From Candidatus Nomurabacteria bacterium (GTDB lineage Bacteria > Patescibacteriota > Minisyncoccia > Phycocordibacterales > UBA2100), in NCBI GenBank assembly GCA_943356775.1, contig CALRFU010000004.1, positions 8,546 through 72,545 of the forward strand: a DNA stretch of 64,000 nucleotides, in the 5' to 3' direction. The first letter of the stretch is position 1, and each line of letters starts with the position of its first letter. Positions 16,844 through 27,300 of this stretch are shown piece after piece. The notes under the pieces are model-generated. The model worked only from the letters and a program-made list of their open reading frames with translations. It did not search any database and had not been told where the DNA came from. The position numbers and the translations under genes are program-made.

Positions 16844-18431
16844 GACCGGCACTACGCCGAACGTTGCCCCTACACCGCAACCCCAGACTACAGAACCGGA
16901 GGTGCACATCCTCGAGGAGCACGTGACGCGTGCAGCACAAAAACCGGCGGTTCAAAGTACCGGAAATCCCGTACCGGCGGCGCAAGCTGTGTCCGATCCT
17001 ATCGGTGTGCCGGAGACAAAGCCTGCCGCACCGAAAGCGCCTACGGTAAGCCCGTCGCCGACGCCGACTACTCCGGTACCACCCCCGGCAATCGCTGCAC
17101 CAAGTCCCACCCCTCGACCTGTGACACAACCTGATACCGTAGCGGAAGATGTCGGACTCGTCCGGCAAACTCGGAATGTACCAACTCCTATAGCTCCTCC
17201 CATACCCCCGTCCTCTCCCGTACAAGAACGGCCTACAGTGCCCCCCTCGGCGCAAAAGATTGTGGCGTCAAGCCAAGGCGAACACGCGCTGGGGAACGAC
17301 ATAGCAAAAATACTTGCGGAAGTTAAGCTGCCCGAACGCCGCAGTGCGGGCACTTCAGCCGACAAACTTGTCCCATCCGGAGCAAAAAAATTCGACACAG
17401 GTATTGTTGGTTCTGCGTTAAACGAGGGAACACCCTCTGCCGCAACCGCCTCGCAATCGCCGCAAGCAAGTACGGTAAATACTCCGACCGAGGTTACACC
17501 AGCCACGCAAAATCCCGGAGGGATGAAGGTGATGGAGAAGAACCCGAGTAGCGTCGTGGCCGTTCACACACTCAAAGACGATTTGCAGGCAGTGGTACAC
17601 GATCAAAAGATATCAGTTGTACGGGCTGTTTCTCTCGAAGAGGACCGCCGCGCTCATAAAGGATTACAGGCGGGCGAGACCTTAGGAACCCAACAGCGCT
17701 CGAGCCGAACATTTGGAATACTCTTCGCCTCACTGACCCTCATCGGCCTCGGCTCCGGCGCGCTTTTCGGTGTCCTTTTCATTATGAATCAACAAAAAGC
17801 GCCCGCACAAATAGATACGGGTACCTCGATACTCTTCGCCGAGCAGAGTGTTCTGCTCTCTCTCGATGCTCAATCACCCCAAAACATAAAAAGGGCACTT
17901 AGCTTGGGACGAACTTCATCACAGGGTGCGCTCGGGTCCATCACCCGGGTCATTCCCGTGACCGCAGAGGCGGGCCCCGACGAGGCACCACAAAATCGCC
18001 CGGCAACATTCAGGGAGTTTATGGCGGCACTAGGAGCACATCCGCCCGATGACCTCTTGCGCGCTCTGGGGGATGACTTCTTTCTTGGTATACACGCTGC
18101 GGACAAAAGTGCTCCCCTCATTGTCATTCCCGTCGCCTCCCATTCGCGCGCGTTCGCAGCGATGCTGAGTTGGGAAGAAGCGCTGAACTCCGACTTCGTA
18201 CCCCTCTTCACCGCCGTTCCTACCCTTACATTCGACGGAAACGGCGTCCCGTCCAAACGTACCTACGAAGATTTGATTATGCGCAATTATGATGTCCGCG
18301 CGCTCAAAGACGATGCAGGGGAAGTCCAAATATACTATTCGTTCCCGACACAAAACATCCTCATCATCGCGGAAAGCCCCTATTCATTCCCCGAAATATT
18401 GAGTCGTCTGCAGGCGGGCCGTCAACTCTAG
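16806..18431 (+). CDS. Hypothetical bitopic membrane protein with long Pro/Thr-rich N-terminus
   Basis: ATG 16806 preceded by GGAG, overlaps pnp end; single TM near residue 310. Confidence 0.8.
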   Translation: MADEAKDQDAISKTGTTPNVAPTPQPQTTEPEVHILEEHVTRAAQKPAVQSTGNPVPAAQAVSDPIGVPETKPAAPKAPTVSPSPTPTTPVPPPAIAAPSPTPRPVTQPDTVAEDVGLVRQTRNVPTPIAPPIPPSSPVQERPTVPPSAQKIVASSQGEHALGNDIAKILAEVKLPERRSAGTSADKLVPSGAKKFDTGIVGSALNEGTPSAATASQSPQASTVNTPTEVTPATQNPGGMKVMEKNPSSVVAVHTLKDDLQAVVHDQKISVVRAVSLEEDRRAHKGLQAGETLGTQQRSSRTFGILFASLTLIGLGSGALFGVLFIMNQQKAPAQIDTGTSILFAEQSVLLSLDAQSPQNIKRALSLGRTSSQGALGSITRVIPVTAEAGPDEAPQNRPATFREFMAALGAHPPDDLLRALGDDFFLGIHAADKSAPLIVIPVASHSRAFAAMLSWEEALNSDFVPLFTAVPTLTFDGNGVPSKRTYEDLIMRNYDVRALKDDAGEVQIYYSFPTQNILIIAESPYSFPEILSRLQAGRQL

Positions 18432-18529
18432 CGCTAGCCCCGGGCATTTTGCTCTACCCCGTGAGATAGGAACATTTTCCCATATATGCCATTTTGAGAC
18501 TTTTTATCTCACGGGGTATACTCAGAGAC

Positions 18530-18892
18530 ATGAAACACATAACCGAAGAGCATCTGGAGGAATTACGAGGAGCATTAAACGCCGAGCGCGATGCACTTGA
18601 AGAAGAGTTGGCGACCTACGGTCGTGTACAGAGTGATTCGGGGGATTGGCACGGAGCAAGCCAAGCCGGCGGACAAGAGGCCGACCCGAACGATGCCGCT
18701 GACCAAATCGAGGAATTAGTAACCAACGTACCTTTGGTGGAAGAGCTCGAAAAGCGCCATAAAGATATCGCCTCTGCGCTCGAAAAGATGGAAGACGGCA
18801 CCTACGGCATCTGTGAAGTGGGGGAAGAAGAAATTCCGCTTGATAGACTCGAGGCAAATCCCGCCGCGATTACCTGCGTTGCACACGCCTAG
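18530..18892 (+). CDS. TraR/DksA family protein
   Basis: DPNDAAD coiled-coil tip; ALEKMEDGTYGICE...IP.DRLEANP.A.TC. Confidence 0.9.
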   Translation: MKHITEEHLEELRGALNAERDALEEELATYGRVQSDSGDWHGASQAGGQEADPNDAADQIEELVTNVPLVEELEKRHKDIASALEKMEDGTYGICEVGEEEIPLDRLEANPAAITCVAHA

Positions 18893-18956
18893 TCGGATTC
18901 ACATAAAAGCGACGCAGCCGCGCCTATAGGCGCGGCTGCTTGTTACAATTGCGCCG

Positions 18957-20501
18957 ATGGGTAAAAAACAAAAAATCGCTTCGGGATTCGCGCGCGTCTT
19001 CGGCGCACAGCCGATGCTGCCCAAAGGTACGGTCGTCTCGGTGGAGTGCGATATCGCAAAAGGTCTCCACGCGTTCACCATCGTTGGCTTGCCTGACAAA
19101 TCCGTGGAGGAGGCAAAAGACCGCCTCGCTTCAGCGATAAAAAATAGTGACCTCGAATCGCCAAAGAAGACCAACAAGAAGATTGTTATCTCACTCGCGC
19201 CCGCCGCACTCAAGAAAGAGGGCGCGGCGTTCGATCTGCCGCTTGCGCTCTCGTATCTGCTCGCATCCGAACAAGTGATTTTCGATCCGAGTGGGAAATT
19301 ATTTGCCGGTGAACTTTCGCTCGACGGCACACTCTCTCCGATTCTCGGCTGCCTCGCCATCGCAGTCGCTGCGCGCGACGCCGGATTCACAGACATATAC
19401 GTGCCGGAAGAAAACGCGGACGAAGCGTCGCTCATCTCCGAATTGCGCATCCACCCCGTCGCCTCCTTATCGGACGCACTCGAACAGCTGACGAAACCCG
19501 ACGCAAAGAAAAATCCTGTACGTCGCACGCCCCGCACGCACGTGCATGATGACGAGGCGCTCGACGAAATCCGCGGTCAGACAAGCGCAAAGCGGGGACT
19601 CATCATCGCGGCGGCTGGCGGACACAACATCGCCCTGTACGGACCGCCCGGCACCGGGAAGACTTTGCTTGCCCGCGCGACGGTTTCTATTCTCCCCGAC
19701 CTCTCGGAAGAGGAGATGATAGAGGTAACGACCATTCATTCGCTCTCGGGCACACTAAACGGTGCCGCGATATTCCGCCCACCCTTCCGCTCGCCGCACC
19801 ACACCTCCTCGTATGCCGCTCTCATCGGTGGGGGCTCCGCAGGTATACGCCCCGGGGAAGCCACGCTCGCGCATCGCGGCGTACTTTTCGCGGACGAATT
19901 CCCCGAATTTCATCGGGACGTTATTAATGCCCTGCGCGAGCCGCTCGAAGACCGCGTGATATCCATCGCGCGCGCCAGAGGCTCGGCGGTATTTCCCGCC
20001 AATTTCATGCTCATCGCAGCCCTCAATCCGTGCCCGTGCGGATTTTGGGGAAGTCCACGTTGCAGATGCATGCCGCACCTCGTAGAAAAATACCGGAGGA
20101 AGATTTCCGGCCCTGTCGCCGACCGTATCGATATGTGGGTTTCTGTCGGAGAAATGCCGCCCGAGACGCTCTCCACACAGACAAAAAGAGGTAGGGGTGA
20201 GACCAAGCGCGCACGCGAAGAAGTCGGCGCGGCGCGCGCGCGACAGCGCGCGCGGTTCAAGGGAGTGCCCGATACTTCCACGAACGCCGACATGGGTCCG
20301 AAAGAAATTGAATCCCTTGCCGGGCTCTCGGCAAAAGCCGAAGAAACGCTGCAGGGTGCGGCACGTTCGATGAAACTATCGCCGCGCGGCTATCACCGCA
20401 CCATCAAACTCGCGAGAACAATAGCCGACCTCGCCGCATCGGAGAATATCGAACCGTCTCATATGCTCGAGGCCTTACAATACCGGGCGAGGGAACTATA
20501 G
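18957..20501 (+). CDS. comM: ComM/YifB Mg-chelatase-like AAA+ ATPase
   Basis: IVGLPD..V.E, GPPGTGKT, PFRSPHH, LAHRGVLF.DE, NPCPCG. Confidence 0.95.
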   Translation: MGKKQKIASGFARVFGAQPMLPKGTVVSVECDIAKGLHAFTIVGLPDKSVEEAKDRLASAIKNSDLESPKKTNKKIVISLAPAALKKEGAAFDLPLALSYLLASEQVIFDPSGKLFAGELSLDGTLSPILGCLAIAVAARDAGFTDIYVPEENADEASLISELRIHPVASLSDALEQLTKPDAKKNPVRRTPRTHVHDDEALDEIRGQTSAKRGLIIAAAGGHNIALYGPPGTGKTLLARATVSILPDLSEEEMIEVTTIHSLSGTLNGAAIFRPPFRSPHHTSSYAALIGGGSAGIRPGEATLAHRGVLFADEFPEFHRDVINALREPLEDRVISIARARGSAVFPANFMLIAALNPCPCGFWGSPRCRCMPHLVEKYRRKISGPVADRIDMWVSVGEMPPETLSTQTKRGRGETKRAREEVGAARARQRARFKGVPDTSTNADMGPKEIESLAGLSAKAEETLQGAARSMKLSPRGYHRTIKLARTIADLAASENIEPSHMLEALQYRAREL

Positions 20502-20623
20502 GAGACGAGCGTTGTCTTGTTATTCGCCGTTTATGAAAATAGTTTCACTCACACGTATCATGACGTAAAAACGAGGCCCGGGAGCAGCCTCGGCACGTAT
20601 GCCATAGCTTCTCCCGGGCATTC

Positions 20624-21019
20624 TTACGTCTGAAGCAGTCCGAGCACGCGCAACTTTGCCTCGAGCTTCTGCGAGTCGTAGCCACCCATGATGACCTCGT
20701 GGGCTCCGGCAGTTCGCAAGGAACCCGCGCGTTCGAAATCAGAGTTCTTCAATATGGCGATGATTTTTTTGTCGCCGCTATCGAAGCCGCGAGCCGATCT
20801 GATTGCCTCCACCGCTCCGAAGGGCGGCAGCTCCGCGTCGATAACCAGCAGGTCGGGTTTCATTCGCCCGAGTACTGCGAGCATCGCATTTCCGTCGGCG
20901 ACACCTTCGGACTCGAAGAAAAGTGCGGTGAGCCCGTACAAGATAGCTCCGCGTGGGATTTGCAATCCGTGCGCAACCAAAGCTTTTTGCATTGTTCGTC
21001 TCCTCAGCATTTGCACCAT
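20624..21019 (-). CDS. Degenerate CheY-like receiver domain protein (start uncertain)
   Basis: KPDLLVIDAELP..G.VE; AGA.EVI; lacks acidic pair and conserved Lys. Confidence 0.6.
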   Translation of the reverse strand: MVQMLRRRTMQKALVAHGLQIPRGAILYGLTALFFESEGVADGNAMLAVLGRMKPDLLVIDAELPPFGAVEAIRSARGFDSGDKKIIAILKNSDFERAGSLRTAGAHEVIMGGYDSQKLEAKLRVLGLLQT

Positions 21020-21177
21020 CTGGTTCTAGAACCAGTCCGTGCCGGACACCACTATAGTCGAGACGGGCACTTCTTCAAATTGCTTGGCAGAACCGTGCGC
21101 CTGAGGTAGATTCGTGCGAGGATTGTTCGAACATATCGCATGCCCGAGCGTATCGGGCCCTAGAAGAGGAGGCACGG

Positions 21178-21654
21178 ATGGTGATGTTTCTCTTGCTGCC
21201 CTTCGCACATTTCGCGAAGCTACGGCGTCCCATACTTATCGCCTGCGTTCTCCTCTATTTCTGGTGGGAGACATTTCTGCGACAGCTGGCGAAATATGTC
21301 ATTGTGGGCGGTATCGCAACCCTGTTGTACTGGACCATCTACGGCGCATTGCTGGTGCTTACGACGGTCTGGTACATCTATGCTTCGTGTGCCGCAGTCG
21401 TTATCGTATTTCTGCTCAAATTCGTAGTACAGAAAAAGTGGGTGTTCGAGAATGCTGGCAGAGCTCATGCTCTCGTCCTTGCTCAAGCCATTCTCCTCGC
21501 AGGCAAGTACACCATCTTCTCTGGAATGAATACCGCTCTACTCTACTCGTTCGTGGAGTTCGGAGGTCTTGGCAAAATGAGCGGCGCAATCGTCGCGACC
21601 CTCTGTCTCGGACTCTTCAGTTTTTTCGCATCTCGATGGGTCTTCAAGACTTGA
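21178..21654 (+). CDS. GtrA family membrane protein
   Basis: KYVIVGGIAT, QKKWVF, SRWVF. Confidence 0.85.
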   Translation: MVMFLLLPFAHFAKLRRPILIACVLLYFWWETFLRQLAKYVIVGGIATLLYWTIYGALLVLTTVWYIYASCAAVVIVFLLKFVVQKKWVFENAGRAHALVLAQAILLAGKYTIFSGMNTALLYSFVEFGGLGKMSGAIVATLCLGLFSFFASRWVFKT

Positions 21655-21688
21655 AATCCCCGGCACGGGCGGCCGGGGATTTCTCTTT
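21654..21688 (+). terminator. Terminator after gtrA-like gene
   Basis: AAATCCCCGGC-ACGGGCG-GCCGGGGATTT followed by CTCTTT. Confidence 0.75.
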
Positions 21689-21765
21689 TACCCTAGGTCA
21701 TACGAATCCCAATACTTAGTTTCAAACCTACGTATTGGGATGTCGATTAAATTTGATTGCGATGG

Positions 21766-22764
21766 TCAGATCGTCTCCTTGCTGTCCGAAAAATACACTT
21801 TCGCTTTTGGAATACCAAGTGATTTGAGGCGCTTGAGGGTAAAATCTTGCATTGGTTTTTCGCCTTTGAATTTCACCACCTTGTTTTTATCTATCACCGC
21901 CCACGCGCCGACATCACGCAAGACATCGGTCTTGCTGAAGACGATATGTGTAACGCCGTTCATGCGGATGGCGCGTTCGAGCGTCTGCATATTCATCCAG
22001 TTGGTCTGGCGGCGGCGACCGGTCGTTGAGCCGAATTCCTCGCCGACATTTCCTATTCGGTCGAAGAGCTCCCCGTCGGGCTGGAATTTCTTGCTGCCGA
22101 CGTAGGTCTCATATATCTTCGCGACTCCCCAAACATCACGGACGGCATTCGACGGAAGACCGTTCAAAAGTGCGCCGGCGGTCGTACAGTGGCTCGAAGT
22201 AACAAATGGATAATCGCCCCAATCAATGTCGAGTCCGAATCCCTGCGCACCTTCGGCGAGAATGTAGACATCCTTTTTACTTCCGTACCACTCTTTGTAT
22301 AGGTCGACGAGGTACGGTTTGAGTTCAGAAACCTTTTCCGCACGCACACCCGTGCGTCCGTACTTGTCGCGATAGGCGGGGCCGTTGCCCCGGCCTGTCG
22401 TACCGATTGCGGCACCCTGCTGCTTATCCTCATTCTTGTGTGCGTCCGTGATGACGTGCGTGTTCTCCGCGATAAATATCTTTCCTTTGGTCTTCACGCC
22501 CCCCTCCTCGAGCATCTGTATCTCGCGGAAGAATTGCTCGGGGTCGAGGACACATCCGGAGCCGATGATGGATTTCACGCCGAAGAAAACGCCCGCTGGT
22601 ATGTGGTGGGTGACAAACTTCTTCCCTTTATGAAAAATCGTGTGGCCGGCGTTACATCCGCCGTTGTAGCGGAGCACGTGGGTATAGGAGTTCTTGTGGC
22701 TCAAATAGTGGGCAACTTTGCCTTTTCCGCAATCTCCATACTGGAGATCAACTATGACATCCAT
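21766..22764 (-). CDS. purA: Adenylosuccinate synthetase (short form)
   Basis: QYGDCGKGK, GGCNAGHT, IGTTGRGNGPAY.DK, EGAQG, YPFVTSS, GSTTGRRR. Confidence 0.93.
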   Translation of the reverse strand: MDVIVDLQYGDCGKGKVAHYLSHKNSYTHVLRYNGGCNAGHTIFHKGKKFVTHHIPAGVFFGVKSIIGSGCVLDPEQFFREIQMLEEGGVKTKGKIFIAENTHVITDAHKNEDKQQGAAIGTTGRGNGPAYRDKYGRTGVRAEKVSELKPYLVDLYKEWYGSKKDVYILAEGAQGFGLDIDWGDYPFVTSSHCTTAGALLNGLPSNAVRDVWGVAKIYETYVGSKKFQPDGELFDRIGNVGEEFGSTTGRRRQTNWMNMQTLERAIRMNGVTHIVFSKTDVLRDVGAWAVIDKNKVVKFKGEKPMQDFTLKRLKSLGIPKAKVYFSDSKETI

Positions 22765-22873
22765 CGTTAACACAGCTGCCGCAGAATAACAGCTCGGAAG
22801 AGAAAAGGCAATCCCCCTGTTACTTGAAGTGGCGGAACAAGATTAACAAGTCGTGGATAATCTTACACATACA

Positions 22874-23965
22874 TTAGAAGGGGTTGCGGATGCCGTTGCG
22901 GATCTCGAAGTGGACGTGCGCACCGGTCGATTTACCGGTCGAGCCGACGTATCCGATGACCTGCCCTTGCTCCACGTGCTGCCCGGGGGATACGGCAACG
23001 GCGGATTGGTGTGCGTAGAGCGTTTGAGTCCCGTTTGTATGCTTGATGACGACATACCCGCCGTAGCCTGCGTTCCATCCCATGTCTTTGGCGATAAGCA
23101 CGTCACCCTCAGCGGCGGCGAGTATCGGGGTCCCGGTAGGCGCGGCGAGGTCGACTCCGTTGTATCCGTGGACGCCCTGCGTCCTCACACCACCCGCGAG
23201 CGGACGCATGTAGTATCCGATTTGCGTTTCATTTCCCCTAGACGAATTGAGTGTCGCTGCCAAAATGCCCGTCGCCCGCTTCACGGGCGGCGCTGTCACG
23301 GCGGTAATCTCACCGTCCGGGATGAGAATCTGCGCACCCACCGCAAGTAGGGAATCATCGATACCGTTGAACGTCGCGATTTCTGTCGCATCCGCGCCGA
23401 AGCGCTTAGCAACAGAAGAAATAGTGTCTCCCTTCTTAACTGTGTATTTCACCCCTGTGACAGGCAAAATGGTAAGTGTTTGCCCTACCTGCAAAGCACT
23501 CCCCCGCGGCAAATCATTGGCCCAGAGGATGGTGTTGGAAGAAACGCCGAAGAGTTTCGCAATACCGCTCAACGTATCACCCTCGCGCACGATGTAGACG
23601 CTGATCATCGAGTTCTTCGGCTTATCTATATCCGCAAGAGTGCCGGAAGGCCCTTCCGACGGCATAAGCGCCGAGTCATCGACGATGATGATGTCTCCAC
23701 CTCCTTTGCCGGCCGTAGGGTTCACATTCATTGCCGGCTTCGGAAGAACCATTGTTTGAAGGTTGCCGCCCCCGAAAGACACCTCGGTCTGCTTTTCCGA
23801 AGGATGGAAGACGGCAGAGACGAAATCTCCCAAAACACTTGCCCGCGCGGTCGCGGGCATGAGCACTCCGGAAATGAGCACGAGAGATATGAGAGTCGCC
23901 GCTCGTTTAGTCGCGGCAACGCCAAAGCGAGCCGATGGAGCGGTTTTAGACGAGCTATATTTCAT
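22874..23965 (-). CDS. LysM x2 + M23 metallopeptidase
   Basis: Two Y.V..GDT LysM repeats; TLYAH, GSTGKSTGAHVHFE; start uncertain. Confidence 0.93.
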   Translation of the reverse strand: MKYSSSKTAPSARFGVAATKRAATLISLVLISGVLMPATARASVLGDFVSAVFHPSEKQTEVSFGGGNLQTMVLPKPAMNVNPTAGKGGGDIIIVDDSALMPSEGPSGTLADIDKPKNSMISVYIVREGDTLSGIAKLFGVSSNTILWANDLPRGSALQVGQTLTILPVTGVKYTVKKGDTISSVAKRFGADATEIATFNGIDDSLLAVGAQILIPDGEITAVTAPPVKRATGILAATLNSSRGNETQIGYYMRPLAGGVRTQGVHGYNGVDLAAPTGTPILAAAEGDVLIAKDMGWNAGYGGYVVIKHTNGTQTLYAHQSAVAVSPGQHVEQGQVIGYVGSTGKSTGAHVHFEIRNGIRNPF

Positions 23966-24295
23966 CACTCGCGGGTGTGCCAATCCCGGGAGTGAATCCT
24001 TAGTTTTTCTTACTTGTATAAGCCGTTTTCGATGGTTCTCCGTCTTTCCCTCTTGAATCGACAGCAAACCGATTTCAGCGACTTTCCATCAGCTTTCATA
24101 GGGAAAAGGGAACTCCTTTTTGCTCCCCTCTGATATAGCTAGACGATAAGCCGTATTTAGCGATGGCACGATGGATTTGTCTGGAATTTGGCTCTAAATC
24201 TCACTTTTTTGAGATCCGGCCTCGGGATAGGTACGGCGGTGCCACCGATTGGTTCACTCTACCTTCATGCTCATCGCGGCGTCAACCGTGCTAAT

Positions 24296-24323
24296 ATTGT
24301 ACCAGGGGATAGCTTTTTGTCAA
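24296..24323 (-). promoter_or_regulatory. Sigma70 promoter toward LysM/M23 gene
   Basis: TTGACA-N16-TACAAT with extended TG. Confidence 0.75.
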
Positions 24324-24354
24324 TAGTTCGAGCAGCTTGTGATATAGTTTGCAA

Positions 24355-27300
24355 GTGAAATATCTCGAAGGCCTCAATACGGCTCAAAAGGAGGCTGTTT
24401 TGCACGTTGACGGCCCACTTTTGATTGTCGCGGGGGCCGGAGCAGGCAAAACTAAGACTATTGTGCACCGCATCGCACATCTAATAGAAGAGAATATACC
24501 CGCCTCGTCAATACTTGCCGTCACTTTCACCAACAAGGCCGCCGGCGAGATGCGCGACCGGGTCCGGAGCCTCCTCGAAGGCAAGCGGGGCGGGCTGCCT
24601 CTCGTTGCCACATTCCACTCACTGGGGGTCAGGCTCCTGCGGGAGTTCCACGAAGCAGCGGGAATACCGCGAGGTTTTAGTATTTGGGATCGCGACGACA
24701 GTTTGCGTGCTGTGAAAGCCGAGCTCAAACGTCTCGACACTGATGAATGGACGCCGCGACAGATACTCGGTGCCATATCGCGCGAGAAGGGCGGGGGAAA
24801 GACGCTCGCCGAGTACCGCGAACGTGCCTCAAGCCGACGGGAGCAAGCCGTCGCGCAATTATGGGAGCGGTACGAGCAGGCACTAAAAGAGGAGGACGGG
24901 CTCGACTTCGACGACTTGCTCGTACGGACCCTCTCGCTCGTACGCGAATCCCCTCAGATACTTTCTCTTTTGCAGAACCGCTGGCGCTATATCATCGTCG
25001 ATGAATATCAGGACACGAGCAGCGTGCAATACGAACTTATGAAGCTTTTGAGTGGTGAACGCGCCAATATGTGCGTCGTCGGTGACCTGGACCAATGTCT
25101 TGTTGCTGGCACAGAGATTACGATGGCGGATGGCAGCAAAAAGCCGATTGAATTCGTGCGCAAAGGCGACAGTATACTCTCTAATTACGGGGGCGGACGC
25201 ATGCGAGCCGCCAGAGTCACGCGTTCACGTTCACGTTTCTTCTCGGACGACCTTGTCGCACTCACATTCAAATCCGGAAAAAGACTCGTGAGTACGCCTA
25301 AACACATGCACTTCGCCGGATATAAACTGGGGATTGTTCCGCAGACGTATTTTACCTACCTCATGCACAAACGACAGGTTGGATGGCGTATGGGAGTCTC
25401 GCAAGTGTACACAAAAGGTCAGCGAGCGCCGATGGTTGGATTCCAGCAACGCTGCAATCATGAACACGCAGACAAAGTCTGGATTATCGGCACGCACACA
25501 TCGGTGAACGAGGCGCGCATTCTTGAATACACACTCTCACTAGAATACAGAATACCGACCCTCCCGTTCGTGGCGCGAAAAGGGATCAGCAAAAACGGGT
25601 ATGTACACGACCAACAGTCGATCTTCAGCATATTCAAATATTTCGATACCGAGACATCGGCGCGCGCGTTACTCAAGGCACGTGACCTCTCCTACGAATA
25701 CCCGCACCATCGCGCGCAAGCAACGACCGGCGGACGACGCAATATAATCATAACGCTGTGCGGAAGCGAAAGGAAGTCAACGGCGATGCACCGCATAAGT
25801 CTCGCCGCGAGTGATCCAATGGACAAACAAGCGCTTGAATCGATCGGACTCAGGGTACGTCCCGCAAAACGCGGATCACAAAACTGGCGATTTGAAACTG
25901 CGTACAAGGACTATGGTGTGTTGCGCGAGATCGTGAGAAAAATACAGGCAGTCCTACCACATGCGGAAGTCGTTGAAACGGCGCGTCTCGGCGGCAACAA
26001 AAAGCGCCCAAAAGACGGAAACTCTCTCCCGTATCTTCCAGCCGCTTCAATCATGCCCGGAATGGCGATGTTTGATGGGAAAAGCAATCACGCTATCGTT
26101 GAAAAAGTTGAGCGTATACCGACAAAAAATATCCGTGTGTATGATCTCGATATCGAAGGCACGCATAACTTCATCGCGAACGACATCATCACTCACAACT
26201 GCATCTACACGTGGCGGCAGGCGGAGATAGAGAACCTGCTCTCCTTTGAACGCGTGTTCCCGAATGTGAAGGTCGTCCGACTCGAACAAAATTACCGCTC
26301 CACACGGACAATCATCGCCGCGGCAAATGCAGTGATAGAAAAGAACACAAATCGCATCCCAAAAACACTTTTCAGCGAGAACGAGACCGGTGACCCTATC
26401 ACGATGCACGGCGCCTTAGACGAACGGTACGAAGCATGGTTTGTAGCCGAACAGGCGGCGGCACTCATCGACAAAGGCGTGCCCGCGCACGAGATAGCCG
26501 TCCTCTATAGAGAGAACTCCCAGTCGCGTGTACTTGAAGAAGCGCTTTTGCATGCGGGACTGCCATATCGCGTCCTGGGTACACGCTTCTTCGAACGCAA
26601 AGAGGTGAAGGATGTCCTTTCGTATCTTCGCGCCGCCGTCAATCCGAAAGGGAAGGGCGATCTCATGCGCATTGTCGGCGTACCTCCGCGCGGCATCGGC
26701 AAGGTAACGCTTGAGAAGATGTTTGCGGGGCAACCACTCGGCGCAGCCGGCTCAAAAGTCGCCGCGTTCCGGGAAACACTCGAGAAAATCCGCCACGCGG
26801 TGAATACGTTGCCCACGTCGGAGGCGGTGCGCTTTTGTATCGAAGCAAGCGGCATACAAAAGATGTACGGAGGCAAGACGGAGGAGGACGCTGAGCACCT
26901 CGGCAACGTGCGTGAACTTGCGAACCTCGCGGCAAAGTACGAAAGTGACGAACCCCCCGCGGGTATTGAACGGCTTTTGGAGGAAGCGGCGCTCCAGAGC
27001 GAGCAAGACGAACTCACTATCAATCAAGGCAAGAGCGGAATATCGCTCATGACGGTCCACGCGGCGAAAGGTTTGGAATTTGATGCGGTCTTCGTTGTCG
27101 GCTTGGAACAAGGACTGTTTCCTTCTATACGCAACGACGACTCACGTGACCCCGAGGAAGAGCGCCGCCTCTTCTATGTCGCGCTGACGCGGGCACGCAA
27201 GCATCTATTCCTCAGCTATGCCTACGAACGCACCAAATACGGCACCCGTGAGAGTGCACTGCCCTCAGAATTTCTTTCTGATATTGATGTGCGGTTACTC

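Noticed and set aside
21200-21227. Further in-frame repeat at the start of the gtrA-like gene (CCTTCGC...AAGCTACGGCG)
   Set aside because: Only loosely resembles the unit at 8314-8340; too degenerate to support.
21766-22764. PurZ (2-aminoadenine pathway) instead of PurA
   Set aside because: Catalytic Asp is retained (GDCGKG); PurZ has Ser there; no phage context.
23990-24250. c-di-AMP (ydaO) riboswitch or T-box
   Set aside because: Only fragments match (CGCTGAAATC; GGTGGCACCGCC); the ydaO 3' half and T-box stem I are not evident. Kept only as a generic leader candidate.
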